Below, piece after piece: positions 47,298-58,181 of a DNA stretch of 64,000 nucleotides. The stretch comes from Histomonas meleagridis 2922-C6/04-290x (taxonomy: Eukaryota; Protista; Parabasalia). Under the pieces are notes generated by a model that did not search any database, was not told where the DNA came from, and saw only the letters and a program-made list of their open reading frames with translations. The translations under genes were made by a program, and so were the position numbers. Where the stretch lies: positions 243,982-307,981 of the forward strand of contig JAANOX010000128.1 of assembly GCA_020184695.1 (NCBI GenBank). Reading direction: 5' to 3'. Numbering within the stretch: the first letter of the stretch is position 1; each line of letters begins with the position of its first letter.

Positions 47298-48173
47298 TCA
47301 GTTGTTATATGGTTTGGACGATGAAAAGAAGTAATGATTTGGTGAACTTTGTAATCTTCTTGTTAATGAATGTACAGGCGTAAGTATTAGCAAATTATTA
47401 AATGTTGTTTTTGTTTTTTGAAAATCAGGTAGAACGTTAATTATTTCGAAATTTGATATATCAAATGTTTTCTTAGGCTTTTGATCTATAGATATTATTA
47501 TCTGTTTTTGTATATTTGATATTGATTCTGTCATTGTTTGTATTTTATTTGATAAAATATCTTTTTCTGTTTTAAGTTTTTGAATTGATTCTTCGTAATT
47601 ATTAATTTTTTGTTCAAGTTTTCTGTTTTCTTCTTTGACTTTATGTTGAATTTCTTGATGGAGTTCTTGTTTGGCCTTTAAAAAATTAACAACTCTTTGT
47701 TTTTAAAGTTGTTCGATTTGTTCTTTTTGGAAATTGTTACAACGCATTTGAAAGTTATTTTCAACTGTTTTTGTGAATTGTGTATAGTTTTCTATTTGCT
47801 TCTTTAAAGTTTCTCGTTTAGAACTTATTTCATTCATTGTATTTTTACATATTTTTTTCTTTTCATTTATTTGCTCTGTTAAAAATGTTATTCGTTGAAG
47901 TTGTGCTTCAATATATTTTTCTTCTTCTTTTACTAAAATTCGATTTAAACTTCGTTCACATTCAGTCATTCTTTGTTTAATAAACTTTGAATAACATTCT
48001 TCAAGATCGACATTTTGTTGATTTATTAAATTTAATTTTTCTTCAATCTTTTTTGTCAATTTATCAATTTTAATTCTGGTTTCATTTGTTTTTTGTTGTA
48101 TCCATTGAGTGATTTCTTCCATTCGTTGAGCTTGAATATTGGAATCAATATCAAATGGGAAAACATTAAACAT
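47298..48173 (-). CDS. Coiled-coil protein with one in-frame TAA at 47703-47705
   Basis: ORFs 47703-48173 and 47298-47534 are in the same frame and the 56 codons between them are open: EQIEQL*KQRVVNFLKAKQELHQEIQHK... Confidence 0.65.
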
Positions 48174-48469
48174 TTTGATTTGGACATCAAGTTAAGCATC
48201 AAAAAAGCGATATGCGACGGTTATTGATCGTCAAATATTTTTCACGAAAATTCCTTCAAACTAAACATATTTAAATAAAACATTTGTAAAAATAAGAATT
48301 TACACGATATATGGCATGCATTTGTCTATAAGTTTAAATTCGTTAATCAATCTCTGAGTCATTCTTTTCATTTCAGGCATGTTCAATACTAACCGTAGAT
48401 TTATCTGGTCGGGTGAGCTCACCGTTTCACAAAATTTTAATAAAGGGATTTTCAATAGTTTACAAATAA

Positions 48470-49282
48470 ATGAAATTCGATTTCTCTCCATTTTCTCCAA
48501 TCACAGTTGTTGATCTTTTCGCACGGATTTTCCTATTTTTATTTTCAATATGTTATCATTTTGTTATTTCATATTACATTTTTGTTCCTTTGTTTACCAT
48601 TTCAAATAATACCAGAATTGTTTTTTATGTTTTTTTACCAATATATTGTATAGTGGCAATTATTTGGTACTGGGCATATGTTCGCACTTCATGGCTTGAT
48701 GCTGGATCATTAGCACGTGAATTACATCAAAAAGGATTTCTTGACGAAGATGGAAATTTACATGATTTAACCACAGAACTTGAAGCGCTTCCACGATGTG
48801 AAAAATGTGGTTTGCCTAAACCTCAAAGAACTCATCATTGTTCGATATGCAAAAAATGTTATTTTCGATTTGACCATCATTGTCCAGCAATGGGGAATTG
48901 TATTGCATTATACAACATGAAATCCTTTTTACTTGTAATTTTTTACTCAACAATATTATTCATAATTGGTGGGATTTTATTAGTTATCGCTGTTTCAATG
49001 GGATATAATGTACCACTTGTCATAACAATAATAATTGAAATAGTTATAGTTGTTATAATAATATCACTCGTATCATTTGGATATTCTTATATACCACAAA
49101 TTTGTTCCAATATAACAACATTAGAAACAATAGCAAACGTTGAGCCTTCGACTTTTAACGAAGGGAAATTAAATAACTTTAAACAAATTTTCGGAAATTC
49201 AATTTGTTTATGGTTTTTCCCCACACTGCCTCCTGTGTCTGGTTTCGAGTGGTCGCACTATCTTTTAAATCAAGAAGTGTGA
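48470..49282 (+). CDS. DHHC palmitoyltransferase
   Basis: CEKCGLPKPQRTHHCSICKKCYFRFDHHCPAMGNCI, four TMs, TTLE. Confidence 0.97.
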   Translation: MKFDFSPFSPITVVDLFARIFLFLFSICYHFVISYYIFVPLFTISNNTRIVFYVFLPIYCIVAIIWYWAYVRTSWLDAGSLARELHQKGFLDEDGNLHDLTTELEALPRCEKCGLPKPQRTHHCSICKKCYFRFDHHCPAMGNCIALYNMKSFLLVIFYSTILFIIGGILLVIAVSMGYNVPLVITIIIEIVIVVIIISLVSFGYSYIPQICSNITTLETIANVEPSTFNEGKLNNFKQIFGNSICLWFFPTLPPVSGFEWSHYLLNQEV

Positions 49283-49576
49283 TTTGAATTATTTAAAATA
49301 TTTCGTTTGTTTCGAGGTAATTTTGAATAAAATGTTTTTAAACGACTTTTTTGTTTTGAAAAACGATTAAATATCACACAATATTCTTTCACAACGATAG
49401 AAATAAATGAATGAGAAATCATCGTACTTGCTTTCAAAAATTTGATGAAAATGAGGTATCTTTATTATTAATCATATGACTTTCAAATATATTTATCTGT
49501 AAAACCCCTTTTTTTCTTGAAACTTTGTAGTTACTTAATAATGTAACGATATCTCAATGATGATTTTTAGATGTGA

Positions 49577-51667
49577 TCATTTTTTCTGTTTCATATATGA
49601 AAGAATTAATTTAACAATTTCTCTATGACCTTTTTTTGATGCTAACCGAAGTGCTGTTTCAAACATTTTAAATAATTTCCGAATAATATTTTGAAATATT
49701 AAATTATTAAAATAATTATTAAATAAAACAAATAAATATCTTTAGTATTAATATCAATTCCTTTTTGTTCAAGAAGTAATTTAACAATTTCTTTATGACC
49801 ATTTTCAGATGCGTAAATAAGTGCTGTATTAAATTATTTAAATAATTTCTAAATATTATTTTGAAATATAATAAAATTATTAAAACAAATTTTAAATAAA
49901 ACTAATAAATATCTTTAGCATTAATATCAATTCCATTTTGTTCAAGAAGTAATTTAACTATTTCTGTATGACCATTTGAAGATGCTTTCATAAGTGCTGT
50001 TCTAAATAATTTAAATAATTTCCAAATATTATTTTGGAATATCAAATTATTGAAATAAATTTCAAATAAAACAAATAAATATCTTTAGCATTAATATCAA
50101 TTCCTTCTTGTTCAAGAAGTAATTTAACTATTTCTATATGACCATTTTTAGATGCAAACATAAGTGCTGTTTTAAATAATTTCAATAATTTTCACATATC
50201 ATTAATAAAATCTAAATGAGTATTATAAATTTCGAAAGATAAAAATTAATATTTTTAGCATTTATCTTTATAATTTTTTGCTGGAGGAGCAGTTTTATAA
50301 TTTCTATGTTTCCACTTATAGAAGCATACATTAAAGGTGTTCTAAATACTTTAAATTAATTCCAAATAATGAAGTGATATTCTAAATTATTATCATAAAC
50401 ATCATATAAAAAAAATTTATATCACATATGTTGATATTCAATCCTTTTTGCTCTAAAAAATATTTAAAAATTTCAAAATTATTTCTTTTAACAACCGAAA
50501 TTTGCAAATAACTTGATATCTGATTTCCTTCAGTAAAATGTATGATTATATATAAGTTACCACATTTAATTGATTCATCAATAAGTATATCATCTAATTT
50601 CATGTTATTTTCTTCTAAAAATGATAAAATTTCAAAGTTATGACATAAAATACATTTCTTTCCTAATTCTTTTAATTTTTTATAAGGATATTTAAAATTA
50701 TTGTAAATGTATTTAAAGATATCATTTCGATGATATTCGATTGCTGTTTTATATGCTTTCTCAAATGATGAATGATTTTGTTCACATAAATGAATGATTT
50801 CAAGATTTCCACCTGCAACTGCATATTTACCTGTTTTTTCTACTTTTGCACCATTGATAAGTAAATATTTGAAACATTGAACTGATCCAAAAAATGCTGC
50901 ATAATCAATTAATGTAACATTTTTTTTATTAATGAATGAACATCTTTCATAAAGTGATGGCTCAATTGTTTGATTAAAATCAAAGTTTGTTTGTGATGAT
51001 ATTTCTTGAAGTTTTTCTATTTCATCATTCCGAATTATTTTTGCAATACTATTTGGGTTAACTCCTTCTCTCACATATTTCCTATGAAGCTTCCAATTGT
51101 TTTTTGAAAGTTCTTCACGATTTTTATCAAACTGTTCCCAAAACAATGTGTATCGTTTTTGCAAATTTTCGTTAGTGGACATATTGTGTGCAAAATATAA
51201 TGTTCCAGAATTTTTATTCTCGGATCGATTAATTGTTCTTCAATCAATTTTTCCAAAAGAAAATTTGATTCTTGTGTATGTAATTTAATTAAAAGCTGTG
51301 AGAAATATTCAAAAATATTAATATTCTTTGGATTTTTATTACTTTCTTGAACTTTTACTTCAAATAATTTTAAAAAAATTATATATAAACTTGGATTTTT
51401 ATTGTGAATTTTATATGATGAATATAATAAACTACAAATAATATAAAGAAATGTTTCTGGATAACGATTATCATAATGCATTAATGAAGATTCAACTGAT
51501 TTTTCAACATTTTCAATCTGTAGATTCATAAAAATTTGTTCAAGTATTAAAGATTTTGCTAAGAATTCTTTCTCACTTGGTGTTTGGAAACCATGATAAA
51601 TATTTTCTCTTTCCCATTCTATTCTTTTTCTTCTTTTAATCACCCACCTACGAGGAGGTAAACCCAT
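49577..51667 (-). CDS. DUF3447/ankyrin-repeat protein, locus C; five spacers and one homopolymer frameshift near 51212
   Basis: ORFs 51071-51667 and 50382-51182 join if one A is added to an A5 run; the ORF stops in the first spacer; five ankyrin cassettes follow to TGA 49577-49579. Confidence 0.75.
49658..50420 (-). repeat. Five ankyrin spacers: 50341-50420, 50171-50250, 50001-50080 (80 nt), 49828-49910 (83 nt), 49658-49737 (80 nt)
   Basis: Counted by hand between the last Asp/Asn codon and the ACA of TAL/TPL. Confidence 0.9.
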
Positions 51668-53181
51668 TTTATGACAAACGAATCAAATGTGTTGATATTA
51701 AACGGTTTCTTCAAAAATGGGAAATTTTAACATTAAAACATAAACAACAAGCAATCATTTTTTTTAAGATTCAAATATCATCTCATGATGTAAATGGGTT
51801 GGTTTTTTTCACCCGAGGAGAGAAATTAACCAAATTTTCATTTGATTGGGGATCAAAATTTTAAACGGTCACTATAATTTTTCTTAATTAAAGATATTTA
51901 ATTTTTTGCTGAAAAAATGATATTCTCATAATGATTATTTTGTTTTTTTTAGAAACTATTTGCCTACTTTGGAAGTGGTGAATAATAATTTATCAATTTA
52001 AAGATATTGAAAAAATCATTACTCTATTACATTGAAGGGAATTGATTTATATTGCGCTTAGTATGCAATTTTATTTTTTCTGAAATATACTAATTGTTTT
52101 TAATTTGTTTAAAATCAAAAAATCAAAAAAATTTAAGCTCGGGATAGCTATGAATATTATATGAATATTATGTATATAATAAATTTTTTTAATTTCCTAT
52201 CATTTTAAATTATATAGAATCGCCTACACAAGCTTCTCTTAGGTGAATCATACCATCAATATGAAAGATATCTGAGATGAGGATTAATAAAGCATGTTCT
52301 AGAATTTTTCTATCTAAATATCGTGGGCATAGTATAACAATTTTTAAGCCCTATAGTAACAGCCGTGTTATAATTTGTGGAACTACTCTGGATAGGTTGT
52401 GTAAAGTTCTTATTTGACAAACATGAATCGGAAAGAGCATAGGAACCTGAATATATTTAATAAATTTATTAGCCAATACATTGAAAATATACATAATCAA
52501 AAGATCTGTTGCAAATTTAGTTTTTATGTTATTAGAAACTTGAGTATTACAAGTAAATGTTTGTTCGAACAGATAGTTGTGAAAGTTGTGCTATTTAAAT
52601 ATAACGACAATTGAAACCACAACAAGATGTTGATAAATAGGCATTAATTCTATGAATAATTTTTCAGACCAATTGGGATAATATCTCATTTTAAAAAAAG
52701 AGTTAATGTTTTGATCTTGTATGCCTTAGATCTAATTCATAATTTATACTTTCGAGATAATTATTTGTTAAATTTTGTTGGCTTCGCCTATTGTTCCATT
52801 AGAATACATATAAGTTTTGTACAAATTTTTGATGAAAAGTTAAGATTAATATTAATTAACTTTTTCATGAATAGTGTGCATATAATGGATATGTTTATCT
52901 GAACTTTTCTTTAAAATTTAATTTTTGAATTATTATTTCATGCATGAAATTTTTTCCAATAAGGCACAGCCATTTAATGAATTATCCCCAAAAAGAACCT
53001 TATCTATATCAAAAAAGTTAAACAAAAGAACTCAGATCTCAAGTTATTGTTGATTTTATTAAGATTTACAACCAAATAAATTTATCATTGGTCACATTTC
53101 GATAAAGTATACAATTCAACTGCTTCAGTTTTTGGAATTTCTGTTCATATTTAGCCAAGTACGATAAAGCTACATGGATTC

Positions 53182-56100
53182 ATGAATCCATTCAAATTGA
53201 CATCAGTTGTATGTTCCGAAGATCAAGTACGTGATGTCATGGGTGATTTTCAAACTAAAGTCGATCAATGGCATCGAACTACGTCAATTTCGTTTCGAGG
53301 CTCGAGGAGAAAAATTCAAGAAAAATATTGTCCAAACCAAATTGACCAAGAAGAAATGCCTCCACCAGATTCAGAACAATCCACGCCAATTATAACACTT
53401 AATAATTCATTTACGTCCAATACAAAAAATAAAGAATACGAAGATTTTGGTCCAACAATTCCACTCACACTTGTTGACAGTCGTCCAATTCGATGTAGTG
53501 AACTAAAATCGCGGAAAATAGAACCAAAAATTGAACCAAAAATAGATACAGGTAGGAAAACTGAACTCACCAAATTTATTGAATTAGAGAAATGGGTAAA
53601 CGAGCCATCAAGAGACATGTCTATTGAAATGCAAAGAAGACATATTGAAGAACAAAATGCATTTATCAGATCAAACTTACGACGTCGAATCCAGCCCGTA
53701 AGTCAGGTTACCCAAAAAGTCTTTCCCATGCCAAATTTGAACGGCAAACCAAAACCACAAAATACACCAATCACCTTATTTTACAGTAACCAACAATGCG
53801 CTCAAGGTCAATGGTCTATAATTTGGAACATTGAAAAATACCAAAATATTCCTTTAATACTTGATCGCAATGACAAATATATTGTACTTTCCGATAAATT
53901 AGATTCTGGTGAAAGAAAGAAAAGATCACTTCGGCAATGGGATAAACTGGAAATCCTTCCTCCAAACGATAATTATTATCTGCAACTTACTACAAAAAAA
54001 ACAGAAGGAAAAAATGTTGATATTCAACATTCGAATACAGCACTCTCTTTAGCACTCATTCAGCCTACTGTTGAAGATTTTGAGAACTTTCATCGGCCTA
54101 AATTCCTTCGTCCTTCAGTTTTACAAAGTCGATTAAATCAAGAATTCAAATTAGTCGGAATTGTAGATACTCAACCACATGATGACGAACACCTGATCTC
54201 TCCATATCTTAAAGAGCTTGATGACCTCAGTGCTCGTAATGGAATTGTATATGTTGTTGAACATACTGTTGAAGTTCCACCTTTAATGATGAATGTTGGA
54301 ATGTCATCACTCTTGATTACTTACTGGCATAAAGAAAACCCAAATGATACTCCACCAAAGTATGATAAAACGATGAAGATTCTTGAACCTGATGATGAGT
54401 CACCTTTTACTGCACAAATACCAAACAACAAAGGTGTACTAGCCATAACGAATTTGCTTTATCGTGTACCAGTTTTTCGTCATGAGCTTCATGATCAAAA
54501 TGACTTTTTGCTTATCAAAAGTGCCAAAGACGATAAGCAATTTTATGTCAGAAAATTTAATGCGATTTTTTGTGCTGGGATGCTTGAACCTCTTAAAGTC
54601 GTAATGCAACCTAGCTTAAAAGAGACGCAAAAGTTTATTGAAAGGTTCACGAAAGCAATGCTTATTAATATTTTTCGAGGAACAAAACAATATAAAGGTC
54701 GAAATCGATTTACACTTGCCAAAATTCAACAAGAATATTTCCCTGAAATGAACGAAACTAAACTTCGTAAGATTGTACAAAATTATGCCATTTTCTCACG
54801 TGAACAGACTAAACGTATATGGGAACTTAAGTCTTCAATGACGAAACAAGAACTTGACAAAAATTTCAATTCACTTAACATTACGCCGGAAGACGTTTGT
54901 TCGTATCAGTCAATGCTCGTCGGTTTATGGCGGTTGAAGAAAAGTGGCGTGAACATCTTAACGTCCTCCGAACGAGTTTTTCAAAAAATCAAAAAACTTA
55001 AAGGAACACTTACACAACTTATAGCTTCTAAGATAGAAATAGAGCTTATGAAAACTCCTTGGTCTAAAACCAAGAATTTTGATGGGGCTTTTCGATCAAA
55101 TGCTATGGAAACAATTAATGCAGAAGATGGACAAGTTTATCGGAGGAGAACTCGGAGGTCTAAGACAGGGCAAAGCGCACCAACGTATAAAGAACGTATA
55201 GCTTCAACAAACAAAGATCTTCGAACACTTACACTTAATGAATTGAAAGATAATCTTATGCAATTTAGTGTTCCATTATCCAAAATCAAAACTTTAACAC
55301 GATGGCAGCAAGTTCAACTCTTGGCAAAGTTAGCCACACATTCGAAAGATCTATCTGATGAATCCGCTAAACACAATGTCCTTGTAGATCGCTATGCTCG
55401 AGGCCCACGTAATGTATATCAAGCCTCCCTTGACAAATACAAGGCTCAATACCAATCTACGTTCGATTCTAATTTAATATATATATCATCTGATGAGAAC
55501 GAAAGTGAAGCAGATTCAGGCAACGACGCGTTATTGGATGAGCTTGGCCTTGAAGTTGTCCATAATGATTTAGATGATGATGATGACGTCGATTTAGATT
55601 TGGATAATCTCGAAGACGATGGGACCGAAAAACAAGACAAAGCATTAAACGTCAGCATGGATGACCCCCCGCAACTTCGTCCATATAGTATTTACACGTA
55701 TCCGAGTCATGTCGATTGGGATTCATTAGGGTTCGAAAATGTCCCACGTCGAACGATTGCGAAGATAATTAATGTCTCGTTCACAGAGAATGGCCTCGAG
55801 CTAAACATTAATTGGGAACGACGTCGTGAGAAGATCGAAGAATTAAAGCGCAAGAAGTCGAATGTTTATCCCGCTGAATCACCATTAGACTTTCGCGAAG
55901 ATGTGTATAAGAAGCGGAAGAAAAATCTTCAAAAGATCAAGAAATGGAAATTAAGTACAAAACAAATGCCAACGAATGCACCGTACAAAGAGTTTGACAA
56001 TTATTTCACTGAAGATTTATTGGTACAAGACAACAAGAACAATAGCCAATATTGTTTTGTGTTTTCTCCGAAGATTAAATCACAAATAAATCGAGCGGCG

Positions 56101-56514
56101 GAACGATTCCATGAATTCGAAAGACAAATCAGCAAAAGATCATATAATAGTAACGCAAAAGATCAAAGTTATGATAACGATGAACAAAATGATGACGAAT
56201 ATCATAACAGGAAAACGAAACTCGATAAAAACATACGAAAGAAAAAGGCAAAAGGATCAAATCCAATCGAAAAGTTTAACCATTACTGCAGTAAGTATTT
56301 GAACCTGTTTAATAAGTTTAACCATCTGCAGAAGTATAAAGAAATAGAACAGAAAACAAAAGATGCAAAGTATAAAAAAGCAGAGGACTTCTGGAGAGAT
56401 ATGGAGGCGCTGAAGCCTTTGACGAACGAAGAATGCAGTAGAAAATACGATAAGAATATTGTGCGGCATAAGGAAAGGTTTATGAAGCTGGAAAAAAGAA
56501 TTCCAAACTTTTAA
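53182..56514 (+). CDS. TAF1: TFIID subunit TAF1 (DUF3591 region)
   Basis: DLSARNGIVYVVEHTVEVPPLMMNVGMSS..YW, NLLYRVPVFRH, DFLLIKS, ITPEDVCSYQSMLVG, IEIELMKTPWSKT. Confidence 0.85.
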   Translation: MNPFKLTSVVCSEDQVRDVMGDFQTKVDQWHRTTSISFRGSRRKIQEKYCPNQIDQEEMPPPDSEQSTPIITLNNSFTSNTKNKEYEDFGPTIPLTLVDSRPIRCSELKSRKIEPKIEPKIDTGRKTELTKFIELEKWVNEPSRDMSIEMQRRHIEEQNAFIRSNLRRRIQPVSQVTQKVFPMPNLNGKPKPQNTPITLFYSNQQCAQGQWSIIWNIEKYQNIPLILDRNDKYIVLSDKLDSGERKKRSLRQWDKLEILPPNDNYYLQLTTKKTEGKNVDIQHSNTALSLALIQPTVEDFENFHRPKFLRPSVLQSRLNQEFKLVGIVDTQPHDDEHLISPYLKELDDLSARNGIVYVVEHTVEVPPLMMNVGMSSLLITYWHKENPNDTPPKYDKTMKILEPDDESPFTAQIPNNKGVLAITNLLYRVPVFRHELHDQNDFLLIKSAKDDKQFYVRKFNAIFCAGMLEPLKVVMQPSLKETQKFIERFTKAMLINIFRGTKQYKGRNRFTLAKIQQEYFPEMNETKLRKIVQNYAIFSREQTKRIWELKSSMTKQELDKNFNSLNITPEDVCSYQSMLVGLWRLKKSGVNILTSSERVFQKIKKLKGTLTQLIASKIEIELMKTPWSKTKNFDGAFRSNAMETINAEDGQVYRRRTRRSKTGQSAPTYKERIASTNKDLRTLTLNELKDNLMQFSVPLSKIKTLTRWQQVQLLAKLATHSKDLSDESAKHNVLVDRYARGPRNVYQASLDKYKAQYQSTFDSNLIYISSDENESEADSGNDALLDELGLEVVHNDLDDDDDVDLDLDNLEDDGTEKQDKALNVSMDDPPQLRPYSIYTYPSHVDWDSLGFENVPRRTIAKIINVSFTENGLELNINWERRREKIEELKRKKSNVYPAESPLDFREDVYKKRKKNLQKIKKWKLSTKQMPTNAPYKEFDNYFTEDLLVQDNKNNSQYCFVFSPKIKSQINRAAERFHEFERQISKRSYNSNAKDQSYDNDEQNDDEYHNRKTKLDKNIRKKKAKGSNPIEKFNHYCSKYLNLFNKFNHLQKYKEIEQKTKDAKYKKAEDFWRDMEALKPLTNEECSRKYDKNIVRHKERFMKLEKRIPNF

Positions 56515-57399
56515 ATAGAGTGAATATGTTTGATTAGTAAATTATGCTGTTTAATATTTGTTTTTTTGGATGGATTCAGTGATATAATTTGTCAAACAAT
56601 TGCGTTATAAAGGAAATAATTCTTTGAAGTTTCGTTATTCCGATTCTACAACTGAATAATTAGATCGAGCTTTAGTTGACCTTAAAATCGAAGGGTAAAA
56701 GTGATGGATCTTGAAACCTTTTTTTTTTTTTTGGATGCAATGTATTTACATCTTCAAATTATTGATAATAAGATATCTTTGTCTTCTGTATGACCAAATT
56801 CTTTACACCGGAGGGGGAGGAAAGAAGAATTTTTTGGGATTGCTGTTATAAAGATATTATAGTTTTGAGCAATTTTAACAAAGTTCCAAGCAATCCATAA
56901 AATAGCCAATATAATGATGAAATTTTCATTTAGAAATAAACATCAAAATTTTTGTCTGAAACCACCGTAAGCATTATGTTTTTAACCTATTCATGATCAT
57001 TTTTTATCCATTATTTTTTGGTCGGCTTTTTGTAAACTTTACATAACGATAAAAACGATAAATCTCACTTTGTATAAACATGTAGAGGTTCTTCAACTCC
57101 CAAAAAACATATTTTTTTTATTTTTTTTTCATTCCATATGTAAGCATTCCATGAATTATACAATAATTTATTTTTTAAATCAGAAGATTTTATAAACTCA
57201 TGAAATATATTTTTTAATCGATTTTTTTTTAAAATTTATTTTTTCCAGTCATTCATGATTAATTTATGTTGAATTTTATATTGTCATGATTTGAGAACCT
57301 GAAACCCACCAGGAAAAAAAAATTCATTCAAATTTTTCATTTTTTTCTCCCATTTTTTTTAAAATTGATGTAAAAAATTATATAAAGTGGCGACCTGGT

Positions 57400-58047
57400 T
57401 TATTTTAGATGTTTATTTCTAGCACAACTTAGAATCTTTGTTTTAATGCATAATCCCAAAGCATTTACTGATATTGTGGATGTTTCTTCTAATTGATTTT
57501 CATAAATATATTTAAAGATATCATTTCGATGAAATTCAATTGCAGCTTCATATGCACATTTAAATGTTGAATGATTTTGTTCACATAAATGAATGATTTC
57601 AAGATTTCCACCTGCAACTGCATATTTACCTGTATTTTCTATATCAGAACCATTTATAAGTAAATATTTAAAACATTTAACTGAAGAAAAAAATGCTGCA
57701 TAATCAACTAATGTAACATTATATTGATTAATAAATGAACATCTTTCATAAAATGATGGCTCAATTTTCTGGTTAAAATCAAAGTTTGTTTGTGATGATA
57801 TTTCTTGAAGTTTTTCTATTGCATCATTTCGAATTATTTTAGCAATTTCATTTGGATTCTCATCTTCATTCTGTTCTTTACTCGAAGAATCGTTTGAATC
57901 GTTTTCATTGTTTTCCAAAGTTTTACTGAATGAATCATCAAAATTCTTTTCTTTCATTTTTTTAATCAGACAATCATTTTTGTTTATTTTGTCTTTTGAT
58001 ATATACCATTTAAAATTCTCAATAATATTTGGGAAATTTGTATTCAT
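57400..58047 (-). pseudogene. Truncated DUF3447-family gene, locus D, without ankyrin tail
   Basis: NPNEIAKIIRNDAIEKLQ...LVDYAAFFSSVKCFKY...YAVAGGNLEII; homology ends abruptly after LGLCIK. Confidence 0.65.
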
Positions 58048-58181
58048 TTCTTTTTCCTTCGTTTGAATCGTTTTTAAATATTTTAAATATGTATTTAACC
58101 TTTTCTTTTGGACACAGAATGAATTATAAATTAAATTACAAATATTTATAACATTTATTTACTTTCATGATATGAAATATT

